64,000 nt of DNA from Squalus acanthias (taxonomy: Eukaryota). The stretch lies in NCBI GenBank assembly GCA_030390025.1, contig JASTWF010000365.1, positions 124,001 through 188,000 on the forward strand. Reading direction: 5' to 3'. This document shows, one piece after another, positions 15,101 through 24,365 of the stretch. Every line of letters begins with the position of its first letter. Position 1 is the stretch's first letter. The translations under genes were made by a program, and so were the position numbers. The notes under the pieces were generated by a model. The model was not told the DNA's origin and made no database searches. It saw only the letters and a program-made list of their open reading frames with translations.

Positions 15101-18100
15101 TACTGAGGGAGCGCCGCACTGTCGGAGGGGCAGTACTGAGGGAGCGCCGCACTGTCGGAGGGAGAGTACTGAGGGAGCGCCGCACTGTCGGAGGGGCAGT
15201 ACTGAGGGAGCGCCGCACTGTCGGAGGGGCAGTACTGAGGGAGTGCCGCACTGTCGGAGGGGCAGTACTGAGGGGCACTGCACTGTCGGAGGGTCAGTAT
15301 TGAGGGAGCGCTGCACTGTCGGAGGGGCAGTACTGAGGGAGCGCCGCACTGTCGGAGGGAGAGTACTGAGGGAGTGCCGCACTATCGGAGGGGCAGTACT
15401 GAGGGGCACTGCATTGTCGGAGGGGCAGTACTGAGGGAGCGCCGCACTGTCGGAGGGGCGGTACTGAAGGAGCACTGCACTGTCGGAGGGGCAGTACTGA
15501 GGGAGCGCCGCACTGTCAGAGGGGCAGTACTGAGGAAGCACCGCACTGTCAGAGGGGCAGTACTGAGGGAGCGCTGCACTGTCGGAGGGGCAGTACTGAA
15601 GGAGTGCTGCACTGTCGGAAGGTGGTACTGAGGGAGCACCGCACTGTCAGTGGGGCAGTACTGAGGGAGCGCTGCACTGTCGGAGGGGCAGTACTGAAGG
15701 AGCGCTGCACTGTCGGAAGGTGGTACTGACGGAGCACCGCACTGTCAGTGGGGCAGTACTGAGGGAGCGCAGCACTGTCGGAGGGGCAGTACTGAGGGAG
15801 TGCAGCACTGTCGGAGGGGCAGTACTGAGGGAGTGCTGCACTGTCGGAGGGGCAGTACTGAGGGAGCGCCGCACTGTCGGAGGGGCAGTACTGATGGAGC
15901 ACTGCAATGTCAGAGGTGCAATACTGAGGGAGCGCCGTACTGTCGGAGGTGCAGTACTGAGGGAGCGCCGCACTGTCGGAGGTCCTGTCTTTTGGATGAG
16001 ACGTTAAACTGAGACCCTGTCTGCCCTCTCAGGTGGACGCAAAGGATCCTATGGCCACTATTGGAAGAAGAGCAGTGGGGAGTTGTCCCCGGTGTCCTGA
16101 GACCAATATTTATCGCTCAAACAACAGCAGTAAAACACAGATTATGTTTAAAGTGCCTCTTCATCTGATTCAAGAAAGGCGGGAGAGAGAAAACAGGGAA
16201 CTACAGGCCAGTTAGCCTGATATCAGTCGTCGGGAAATTCCTGGAATCCATTATTAAGGAAGTGGTAACAGGACACTTAGAAAATCATAATATGATTAGG
16301 CAGAGTCAACATGGTTTTGTGAAAGGGAAATTGTGTTTAACAAATTTATTAGAGTTTTTTGAGGATGTAACTAGCAGGGTAGATAAAGGGGAACCAGTGG
16401 ATGTAGTATATTTAGAATTTCAAAAGGCATTCGAAAAGGTGCCACATAAAAGGTTGTTACGCAAGATAAGGGCTCATGGGGTTGGGGGTAACCTATTAGC
16501 ATGGATAGAGGATTGGTTAATGGACAGAAAACAAAGTAAGGATAAACGGGTCATTTTCCGGTTGGCAGGCTGTAACTAGTGGGGTGCCGCAAGGATCCGT
16601 GCTTGGGCCTCAGCAATTTACAATCTATATTAATGACTTAGATGGAAGGACCGAGTGCAATGTATCCAAGTTTGCTGACGATACAAAGCTAGGTGGGAAT
16701 GTAAGCTGTGAGGAGAACACAAAGAGCCTGCAAACTGATATAGACAGGTTCAGCGAGTGGGCAATAAGGTGGCAGATGGAGTATAATGTGGGGAAATGTG
16801 AGGTTATTCACTTTGGCAGGAAGAATTGAAGAACAGAATATTTATTAAATGGTGAGAAACTATTAAATGTTGGTGTTCAGCGAGATTTAGGTGTTTTCGT
16901 ACAGGAAGCACCGAGAGTTAGCATGCAGGTACAGCAAGCGATTAGGAAGGCAAATGGCATGTTGGCCTTTATTGCAAGGGGGTTGGAGTATAAGAGTAAG
17001 GAAGTCTTGCTACAATTGTACAGGGCCTTGGTGAGACCACACCTGGAGTACTGTGCACAGCTCTGGTCTTGTTATCTGAGGAAGGATATACTTGCCTTAG
17101 AGGGAGTGCAACGAAGGTTCACGAGATTGATCCCTGGGAGTGCGAGGGTTGTCCTAGGAGGAGAGATTGTGTAGAATGGGCCTATACTCTCGAGTTTAGA
17201 AGAATGAGAGGTGATCTCATTGAATCATATAAGATTCTGAGGGGGATTGACTGGGTAGATTCTGAGAGGTTGTTTCCCCCTGGCTGGAGAGTCTAGAACC
17301 AGGGGGTCACAGACTCAGGATAAGGGGTCAGCCATTTAGGATTGAGATGAGGAGGAATTTCTTCACTCAGAGGGTGGTGAATCTTTGAAATTCTCTACCC
17401 CAGAGGGCTGTGGAGGCTCAGTCGTTGAGCATATTCAAGGCTGAGATCGATAGGTTTTTGGACTCTAGGGGAATCAGGGGATATCACAGAATCCCCACAG
17501 TGCATCGAGCCTGCACTGACATATCCCACCCTATCCCCGTAACCCCCTAACACTAAGGGTCAATTTATCATAGCCAAATCAACCTAACCCGCACATCTTT
17601 GGACTGTGGGAGGAAACCGGAGCACCCGGAGGAAACCCACGCAGACACGGGGAGAATGTGCAAACTCCACACAGTCACCCGAGGCCGGATTCGACCCCGG
17701 GTCCCTGGCGCTGTGAGGCAACAGTGCTAACCACTATGCCACCGGAGATAGTGCGGGAAAGTGGAGTTGAGGTCGAAGATCAGCCATGATCTCATTGAAT
17801 GGCGGAGCAGGCTCGAGGGGCCGAAAGGCCGACACCTGATCCTAGTTCTTAAGGTCTTCTGAAACAGTAAATAAATGCAAGTACAGTAGGGAGGAGGCTT
17901 GTGTGGATCCTAGAGACTGGCATAGAACAGTTGGGCCGAATGGCCTGTTCTGGGCTGTAAAATATGATGTAATTGCAGCAAGGGCGACGCACAGGTATAA
18001 AGACTAGTCGAGCACTGTCACAGTGCGGCCCCATTATACCGCCCATCGCGTAAAGCGGGCCAACGTCGCTGTCACGAACACGCCCGTTATAACCAGCGGG

Positions 18101-21100
18101 GACTGTCGTATCAAACCCCTGCGCCCGCCCCCCGCCCGATATCTAACCTGTTTCCCATCTGTGTCTAGTGCCGATCGGGCTACCGTTCTTCACCAGGGGC
18201 TGCGCCTCGGAGCTGTGCTGCCAAAGCACCAGCTGGTTTCGTGATTTCCGTATGCAGGTCCATGAGCTTCCCGCGTGTTGTGCGGGAAACCTCTGCAACG
18301 GGGACGCCAGGAGTGTCGCCACCACTCATCCAGGTAACGGAGAGACAACCGGCGTAGAGCGGAGCGCGACTGATCAAGGTCATAAAGTGAGAGAGTGAGG
18401 GAGGAAGAGAGTGAGAGAGAAAGAAAGAGGGACGAAGGAAGCTAAAGAAAGAGAGAAAGAAAGAACAAAAAAGGGATCTTTGTCCCTGTTACAGGTCTCC
18501 TATTTTCCTATGTAACAGGCTCGAGAGGCTGAATGGCCTCCTCTTGTTCCTATGTAACAGGCTCAAGGGGCTGAATGGGCCTCCTCCTGTTCCTATTAAC
18601 AGGCCGAGGGGCTGAATCACCCCCTCCTGTTCTCATCTAACAGGCCCAAGGGGCTGAATGGCTTCCTCCAGTCCTTATGGAAGGGGCCCGAGGGGCTGAA
18701 TGGGCCTCCTCCCGCTCGTATTAACAGGCCGAGGGGCTGAATGGGCCTCCTCCAGTTCTTATGTAACAGGCTCAAGGTGTTGAATGGGCCTCCTTGTACT
18801 CCTATACAACAGGCTCAAGGGGCTGAATGGCCTCCTCCTGTAACAGGCCTGAAGGGCTGAACGGCCCCCTCATATTCATATGTGAACAGACCCGAGGGGA
18901 AAAATGGCCACCTCCTGTTCCTACATAACAGGCCCGAGGGGTTGAATGGTGTTAGGGAGAAATTATTTCACTCCAGTCTGTTGATAGGTAAAAGCAAAAA
19001 CAGTTTATTTAATATTCAGAGATCCCTGGGAGAAGCGTCACAGACCTTGCACAGCCTGGTGACTACAGCTTCTCGACCTCCCGTTGTTAATGACAACCTT
19101 TTATTGAAGAGTTGTCCAATCACATAGTTACAAAATATCACATGATTACAAGTATGTCAATTCAAACTTAAACAATTAATTTGTTATATTCTAAACAATT
19201 TATGTCAGTTCAAACTAAATCACTAATTCGTTATATTTCAATTCAAACAAAATAATTATGTCGATTCAAACTAAACCATTAATTCGTTATATTCTTATCT
19301 TTGTCAGTTACAAACTAAAAGCATCAATGACGTATATATGCGGCTGTGTAGAGGCCCTGTCTGGCTCTTACAGTTGTTCTATTGTATTTTGGCCTTGGAT
19401 GCTGCTAAGTATCACAATTCTCAACCAGGCCTTATCTTCCACCTGGGCTCTTTATTCTATTTCATACAGAAACGAGAAATTATTTATTTTAATTTAACAT
19501 GAGTTGAAATTAACTCCTTCACTCCCCTTCAATGGCCTCCTCCTGTTCCTACATAACAGGCCCGAGGGGCTGAATGGGCTCCTCCTGTTCCTACAGAACA
19601 GACCCGAGGGGTTGAATGGCCTCCTCCTGTTCCGACATAACAGGCTCGAGTGGCTAAATGGCCTCCTCCTGTTCCTGTGTAACAGATCCGAGAGGCTGAA
19701 TAGCCTCCTCCTGTTCCTGTGTAACAGGCTCGAGGGGCTGAATGGCCTCCTCCTGTTCCTGTGTAAATTGGTGGAATGAATCCCAGGAAGATTATTAAGT
19801 CAGGAGCGCGGAATTTCTAGCCTTTGGTTTAATGATCTCTTCATTCCTCCTCTCTTTCATTGGATTTGGTGAATCAGGAGACAGAACGAGCAGCACAGTG
19901 ACGCCAGGGACCAGTACTCAAAGGCCGACTGGTAACGGGGGTAGGAATCGCATCTCGTTTTATTCCCAAAACAACTACACCAAACGCCCAACGACTGGGA
20001 TCTGTGTCCCCGTAACAGACATCCTCCTGTTCCTACATAACAGGCCCGAGGGGTTGAATGGCCTCCTCCTGTCCCTATATAACAGGCCCGAGGGGTTGAA
20101 CGGCCTCCTCCTGTCCCTACAAAACAGGCCCGAGGGGTTGAATGGCCTCCTCCTGTTCCTACATAACAGGCCCGAGGGGTTGAATGGCCTCCTCCTGTTC
20201 CTACATAACAGGCTTGAGGGGTTGAACGGCCTCCTCCTGTTCCTACATAACAGGCCTGAGGGGTTGAATGGCCTCCTCCTGTTCCTACATAACAGGCCCG
20301 AGGGGTTGAATGGCCTCCTACTGTTCCTACATAACAGGCTCGAGGGGTTGAATGGCCTCCTCCTGTTCCTACATAACAGGCCCGAGGGGTTGAATTGCCT
20401 CCTACATTTCCTACATAACAGGCCCGAGGGGTTGAATGGCCTCCTCCTGTCCCTACATAACAGGCCCGAGGGGTTGAATTGCCTCCTACATTTCCTACAT
20501 AACAGGCCCGAGGGGTTGAATGGCCTCCTCCTGTCCCTACATAACAGGCCCGAGGGGCTGAATGGGCCTCCTCCTGTTCCTGTGTAACAGGCTCGAGGGG
20601 CTGAATGGGCCTCCTCCTGTTCCTGTGTAACAGGCTCGAGGGGCTGAATGGGCCTCCTCTTGTTCCTGTGTAACAGGCCCGAGTGGCTGAATGACCTCCA
20701 CCTGTTCCTGTGTAACTGGCCCGAGGGGCTGAATGGGCCTCCTCCTATACCTGTGTAACAGGCTCGAGTGGCTGAATGGGCCTCCTCCTGTTCCTATTTA
20801 ACCGGACCGAGGGGCTGAATGGGCCTCCTGCTGTTCCTGTGTAACAGGCTCGAGGAGCTGAATGGGCCTCCTCCTGTTCCTGTGTAACAGGCCTGAGCGG
20901 CTGAACGGCCCCCTACTGTTCCTGTGTAACAGGCTCGAGGAGCTGAATGGCCCCTCGTGTTCCTGTGTAACAGGCCCGAGGGGCTGAATGGCCTCCTCCT
21001 GTTCCTGTGTAACAGGCTCGAGGGGCTGAATGGGCCTCCTCCTGTTCCTGTGTAACAGGCTCGAGGGGCTGAATGGCCTCCTCCTGTTCCTATGTAACTG

Positions 21101-23319
21101 GCCCGAGGGGCTGAATGGCCTCCTCCTGTTCCTGTGCAACAGGCTCGAGGGACTGAATGGGCGTCCACCTGTTCCTGTGTAATAGGCTCGAGGGGCTGTA
21201 TGGGCCTCCTCCTGTTGCTGTGTAACAGGCTCGAGGGGCTGAATGGCCTCCTCCTGTTCCTAAGTAGCAGGCCCAAGCGGCTGAACGGCCTCTTCCTCTT
21301 CCTGTGTAACAAGCCCGAGGTGTTAGAGGCCTCCTTCTGTTCCTGTGTAACAGGCTCGAGGGGCTGAATGGGCCTCCTCCTGTTCCTGTGTAACAGGCTC
21401 GAGGGGGTGAATTGACTCCTCCTGTTCCTGTGTAACAGCTCGAGGGGCTGAATGGGCCTCCTACTGTTCTGTGTAACAGGCTCGAGGGGCTGAATGGCCT
21501 TCCTCCTGTTCCTGTGTAACAGGCTCGAGGGGCTGAATGGGCCTCCTCCTGTTCCTGTGTAACAGGCTCGAGGGGCTGAATGGGCCTCCTCCTGTTCCTG
21601 TGTAACAGGCTCGAGGGGCTGAATGGGCCTCCTCTTGTTCCTGTGTTACAGGCCTGAGGGGCTGAATTGCCTCCTCCTGTTGTGATGTAACAGGCTCGAG
21701 GGGCTGAATGACTTCCTCCTGTTCCTGTGTAACAGGCTCGAGGGGCTGAATGGCCTCCTCCTGTTCCTATGTAGCAGGCCCAAGGTGCTGAAAGGCCTCT
21801 TCCTCTTCCTGTGTAACAAGCCCGAGGGGTTAGCGGCCTCCTCCTGTTCCTGTGTAACAGGCTCGAGTGGCTGTATGGGCCTCCTCCTGTTCCTGTGTAA
21901 CAGGCTCGAGGGGCTGAATGGGCTCCTCCTGTTCCTGTGTAACAGGCTCGAGAGGGTGAATTGACTCATCCTGTTTCTGTGTAACAGGCTCGAGGGGCTG
22001 AATGGCCTCCTCCTGTTCCTGTGTAACAGGCTCGAGAGGGTGAATTGACTCATCCTGTTTCTGTGTAACAGGCTCGAGGGGCTGAATGGGCCTCCTCCTG
22101 TTCCTATGTAACAGGCGGGAGGGGCTGAATGGGCCTCCTCCTGTTCCTATGTTACTGTTTAAAAGTGTTGAGTCTGGTTGCAGAGAGGACAGGGCCCGGC
22201 CTACACTGACCTCTGACCTGTGTTCAGAATCGCGGTACGGGTCAGCCCAGCTCTCCTCAGTATTGTTATTTTTCAATCTTTGTTCTGCTTCCTCCTGCAG
22301 CCAGCGTTGGATGTATCGTGGGAACAGTAGTTGGACTCGGAGCCGGAGTCCTGATATTGTTGCTGATATATTGGTTCAACTGCAAAAGAGGTCAGTATGG
22401 TAGACTTTCAACTTGGAATCATAGAATCAGACAGCACAGAAGGAGGCCACTCGCCCCATCGTGCCTGTGCCAGCCCTTTTGGAAGAGTAGATCCAATCAG
22501 TCCCACTCCCCCTGATCTGCAAATTTACCCCTTTCAGTAATATATCCAACTCCCCATTTCTCCATGTGCAGTCTGACCAGAGCTCCCTATCTCTGTAACC
22601 TCCTCCAACCCCCTACAACCCTCCCTATCTCTGGAACCTCCTCCAGCCCCTACAACCCTCCCTATCTCTGTAACCTCCTCCAGCCCCTACAACCCTCCCT
22701 ATCTCTGTAACCTCCTCCAGCCCCCTACAACCCTCCCTATCTCTGTAACCTCCTCCAGCCCCGACAACCCTCCCTATCTCTGTAACCTCCTCCAGCCCTA
22801 CAACCCTCCCGATCTCTGTAACCTCCTCCAGCCCCTACAACCCTCCCTATCTCTGTAACCTCCTTCAGCCCCCTACAACCCTCCCTATCTGTGTAACCTC
22901 CTCCAGCCCCTACAACCCTCCCTATCTCTGTAACCTCCTCCAGCCCCTACAACCCTCCCTATCTCTGTAACCTCCTCCAGCCCCACAAACCCTCGAGATC
23001 TCTGCGCTCCTCCAATTCTGGCCTCTTGCACATCCCCCGATTTCCATCGCTCCACCATTGGTGGCCGTGCCTTCAGCTGCCTGGGCCCCGAGCTCTGGAA
23101 TTCCCTCCCTAAACCTCTCCGTCTCTCTCTCCTCCTTGAAGACCCTCCTTAAAACCGACCTCTTTGACCAAGCTTTTGGTCACCTGCCCTAATATCTCGG
23201 TCTCAAATTTTTGTCCGATTTACGCTCCAAGACGCGAGATAAATGCAAGTTGATGTTAAACTGATGCATCTCAATTCCTGTCTTTCCCTCCTCCAGATAC
23301 AGACTCCGGTCCCTTGTGA
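9098..23319 (+). CDS. Ly6/uPAR-family two-LU-domain (PLA2-inhibitor/PINLYP/uPAR-like) type I membrane protein, 264 aa; join(9098-9161,9858-9974,11601-11738,13762-13905,18169-18333,19878-19931,22301-22390,23297-23319)
   Basis: All seven introns are GT-AG and phase 1, and the joined 795 nt is open. LU signatures: LTCYQC...CCDSDLCN and LECRGC...CCAGNLCN. Each domain is split over two exons, as is usual for LU genes. Confidence 0.88.
9258..9497 (+). mobile_element. SacSINE1/Deu-SINE-like element, 3' half
   Basis: Homologous to 11177-11412 (GAGCAGGG..CCCCGGTGTCCTGGGGCCAATATTTATCCCTCAA...AAAGG.GCT...AAATGC). Confidence 0.75.
9858..9974 (+). CDS. LU gene exon 2, LU1 N-half (LTCYQCNALSGHCEPQRIICKPDITTCRT)
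   Basis: Acceptor CCCTGCAG|, donor G|GTAACA, five LU cysteines. Confidence 0.92.
10058..11412 (+). mobile_element. SacSINE1/Deu-SINE-like element with internal 33-bp tandem expansion (about 10131-11089)
   Basis: tRNA-like B-box GGTTCAAGC, Deu-like core GATGAGACGTTAA...AAAGATCCC, L2-like tail GTAAAGCGCTTTGGG...GCGCTATATAAATGCAAG. Repeat unit GCAGTACTGAGGGAGCGCCGCACTGTCGGAGGG. Confidence 0.8.
11601..11738 (+). CDS. LU gene exon 3, LU1 C-half (NSCGPC...RCCDSDLCN)
   Basis: Acceptor TTGTTTTCAG|, donor G|GTAAGG, CCxxDxCN motif. Confidence 0.93.
11850..13455 (+). repeat. 67-bp minisatellite CCATCAAACACTCCCAGGGCAGGTACAGCACGGGTTAGATACAGAGTAAAGCTCCCTCTACACTGTC, about 24 copies
   Basis: Directly visible. 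Confidence 0.95.
13468..13652 (+). mobile_element. CR1 3' end fragment
   Basis: TTCAAGACTGAGATCGACAGATT...GAATGGTGGAACAGGCTCGAGGGGCTGAATGGCC matches the CR1 tails in this window. Confidence 0.75.
13762..13905 (+). CDS. LU gene exon 4, LU2 N-half (APNTTQSGLECRGCFNSSADSC...VKCVGLETRC)
   Basis: Acceptor TTCCATTTCAG|, donor A|GTAGGT. NxT..GLxC..C and CxGxExxC patterns of PLA2-inhibitor-like second LU domains. Confidence 0.9.
13964..16146 (+). mobile_element. SacSINE1/Deu-SINE-like element with 1.9-kb internal 33-bp expansion (about 14075-15982), 3' truncated
   Basis: tRNA-like head (GTGGCTGAGTGG A-box, GGTTCG B-box), then the array, then the Deu-like core. Confidence 0.8.
16169..17850 (+). mobile_element. 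5'-truncated, decayed CR1 LINE (RT domain and 3' UTR)
   Basis: FKKG...NYRPVSL, SQHGF, PQGSVLGP, FADDTK and RPHLEYC motifs, with frameshifts and stops. Confidence 0.95.
17485..17743 (-). mobile_element. HE1-like tRNA-derived V-SINE inserted in the CR1
   Basis: V-domain GGGAGGAAACCGGAGCACCCGGAGGAAACCCACGCAGACACGGGGAGAATGTGCAAACTCCACACAG and tRNA head on the minus strand. It interrupts CR1 at GGGATAT|GGAGATAGTGCGG. Confidence 0.88.
18169..18333 (+). CDS. LU gene exon 5, LU2 C-half (RGCASELCC...CCAGNLCN)
   Basis: Acceptor TGTCTAG|, donor G|GTAACG, GCA and CCxGNLCN motifs. Confidence 0.92.
18950..19531 (-). mobile_element. Solo LTR, 582 bp
   Basis: TG...CA termini with imperfect inverted ends (TGTTAGGGAG / CTCCCCTTCA) and a 4-bp TSD ATGG splitting one minisatellite unit. 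Minus-strand AATAAA at 19004-19009. Confidence 0.8.
19878..19931 (+). CDS. LU gene exon 6, Ser/Thr-rich stalk (DRTSSTVTPGTSTQRPT)
   Basis: Island of unique sequence within the minisatellite, upstream pyrimidine tract, CAG| and G|GTAACG, phase 1-1. Confidence 0.7.
22301..22390 (+). CDS. LU gene exon 7, transmembrane helix (SVGCIVGTVVGLGAGVLILLLIYWFNCKR)
   Basis: Strong acceptor CTTCCTCCTGCAG|, donor G|GTCAGT, 24 hydrophobic residues followed by KR. Confidence 0.85.
22583..23255 (+). mobile_element. L2-clade LINE 3' fragment whose first segment is amplified as a 37-bp minisatellite (22583-22990)
   Basis: Reads PYLCNLLQP..PSRSLRSSNSGLL...IGGRAFSCLGPELWNSLP...LKTDLFDQAFG, an L2-type ORF2 end. 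Confidence 0.8.
23297..23319 (+). CDS. LU gene exon 8, cytoplasmic tail DTDSGPL-stop
   Basis: Strong acceptor TCTTTCCCTCCTCCAG|. In-frame TGA at 23317-23319. Confidence 0.65.
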
Positions 23320-23359
23320 TTACCTTCGGGATGAACCAGGTTTTCCAGAGCATCAGGTG

Positions 23360-23935
23360 TCCTGGTGACTGATTCTCCTGCTCCCCCTGGTGGTCACTCT
23401 GACTGATTCTCCTGCTCCCCCTGGTGGTGACCCTGACTGAGGATCCTGCTCCCCCTGGTGGTCACTCTGACTGAGGCTCCTGCTCCCCCTGGTGGTCACT
23501 CTGACTGAGGCTCCTGCTCCCCCTGGTGGTCACTCTGACTGAGGCTCCTGCTCCCCCTGGTGGTGACACTGACTGAGGATCCTGCTCCCCCTGGTGGTCA
23601 CTCTGACTGAGGCTCCTGCTCCCCCTGGTGGGGACCCTGACTGAGGCTCCTGCTCCCCCTGGTGGTCACTCTGACTGAGGCTCCTGCTCCCCCTGGTTTT
23701 CACTTTGACTGAGGCTCCTGCTCCCCTGGTGGTGTCCTGGTGACTGAGGCTCCTGCTCTCCTGGTGGTGTCCTGGTGACTGAGGCTCCTGCTCCCATGGT
23801 GGTGTCCTGGTGACTGTGGCTCCTTCTCCCCCTGGTGGTGTCCTGGTGACTGAGGCTCCTGCTCCCATGGTGGTGTCCTGGTGACTGAGGCTCCTTCTCC
23901 CCCTGGTGGTGTCCTGGTGACTGAGGCTCCTGCTC
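23360..23935 (+). repeat. 34-35 bp minisatellite GACTGAGGCTCCTGCTCCCCCTGGTGGTCACTCT in the putative 3' UTR
   Basis: Directly visible. Confidence 0.92.
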
Positions 23936-24289
23936 CCCAGGGCTGGCACTGGCTGACGCTCCTGCCCCTCCCGCCCCCCCAGTGTTGACCCTGACTGCCA
24001 ACTGTGGGGAAGTTTCTCTCTGTATATCGGTATCTCTCGAGCGGGATGTGACTGCGCTGGGACAATCGCTTTCTCTGCCACTTGCTGTGGATTTGAGACG
24101 ACACCTTTCATGAGTTGGCGAATGAAAGACATTCGGATTGTAACCTCGGTGATCGGGGCCATAAACGTTTGCTTCCAGTGTAGTGACGCGGCTTTAATCT
24201 GTTCAAGCTAATGCCTCTTGCGGTTTAGTGTCTATTAATCTGCTGTGACCCCATCTGTTTTAAACCAAGATGAACTCTCTTTTTTATTT

Positions 24290-24295
24290 AATAAA
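24290..24295 (+). terminator. Candidate polyadenylation signal of the LU gene
   Basis: First AATAAA seen after the stop codon, at the end of unique sequence. Confidence 0.5.
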
Positions 24296-24304
24296 AACAT
24301 TGAT

Positions 24305-24365
24305 TTGCATTATTACAGCGCGTTTCATGACTTCAGGATGTCCCAAAGCGCTTGACAGCCAATGA
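24305..24365 (-). mobile_element. SINE/L2-type 3' tail fragment
   Basis: Approximate reverse complement of 11349-11410. Confidence 0.7.

Larger units (their letters stand above)
18490..22152 (+). repeat. 42-43 bp minisatellite AACAGGC(T/C)CGAGGGGCTGAATGGCCTCCTCCTGTTCCT(GTGT/ACAT), interrupted by a solo LTR and exon 6
   Basis: Directly visible. The unit matches the CR1 3' UTR terminal segment. Confidence 0.93.

Noticed and set aside
10100..16012. ORFs repeating STEGAPHCRRG / STAPPTVRRSL
   Set aside because: Products of the 33-bp SINE-internal array within introns.
19832..22276. LRR-looking ORFs (LLLFLHNRPEGLNG)
   Set aside because: 42-bp CR1-tail minisatellite; the frame breaks where units are 43 bp.
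23308..23319. PDZ-binding motif at the LU protein C-terminus (SGPL)
   Set aside because: Position -2 is Gly, which does not match class I or II consensus.
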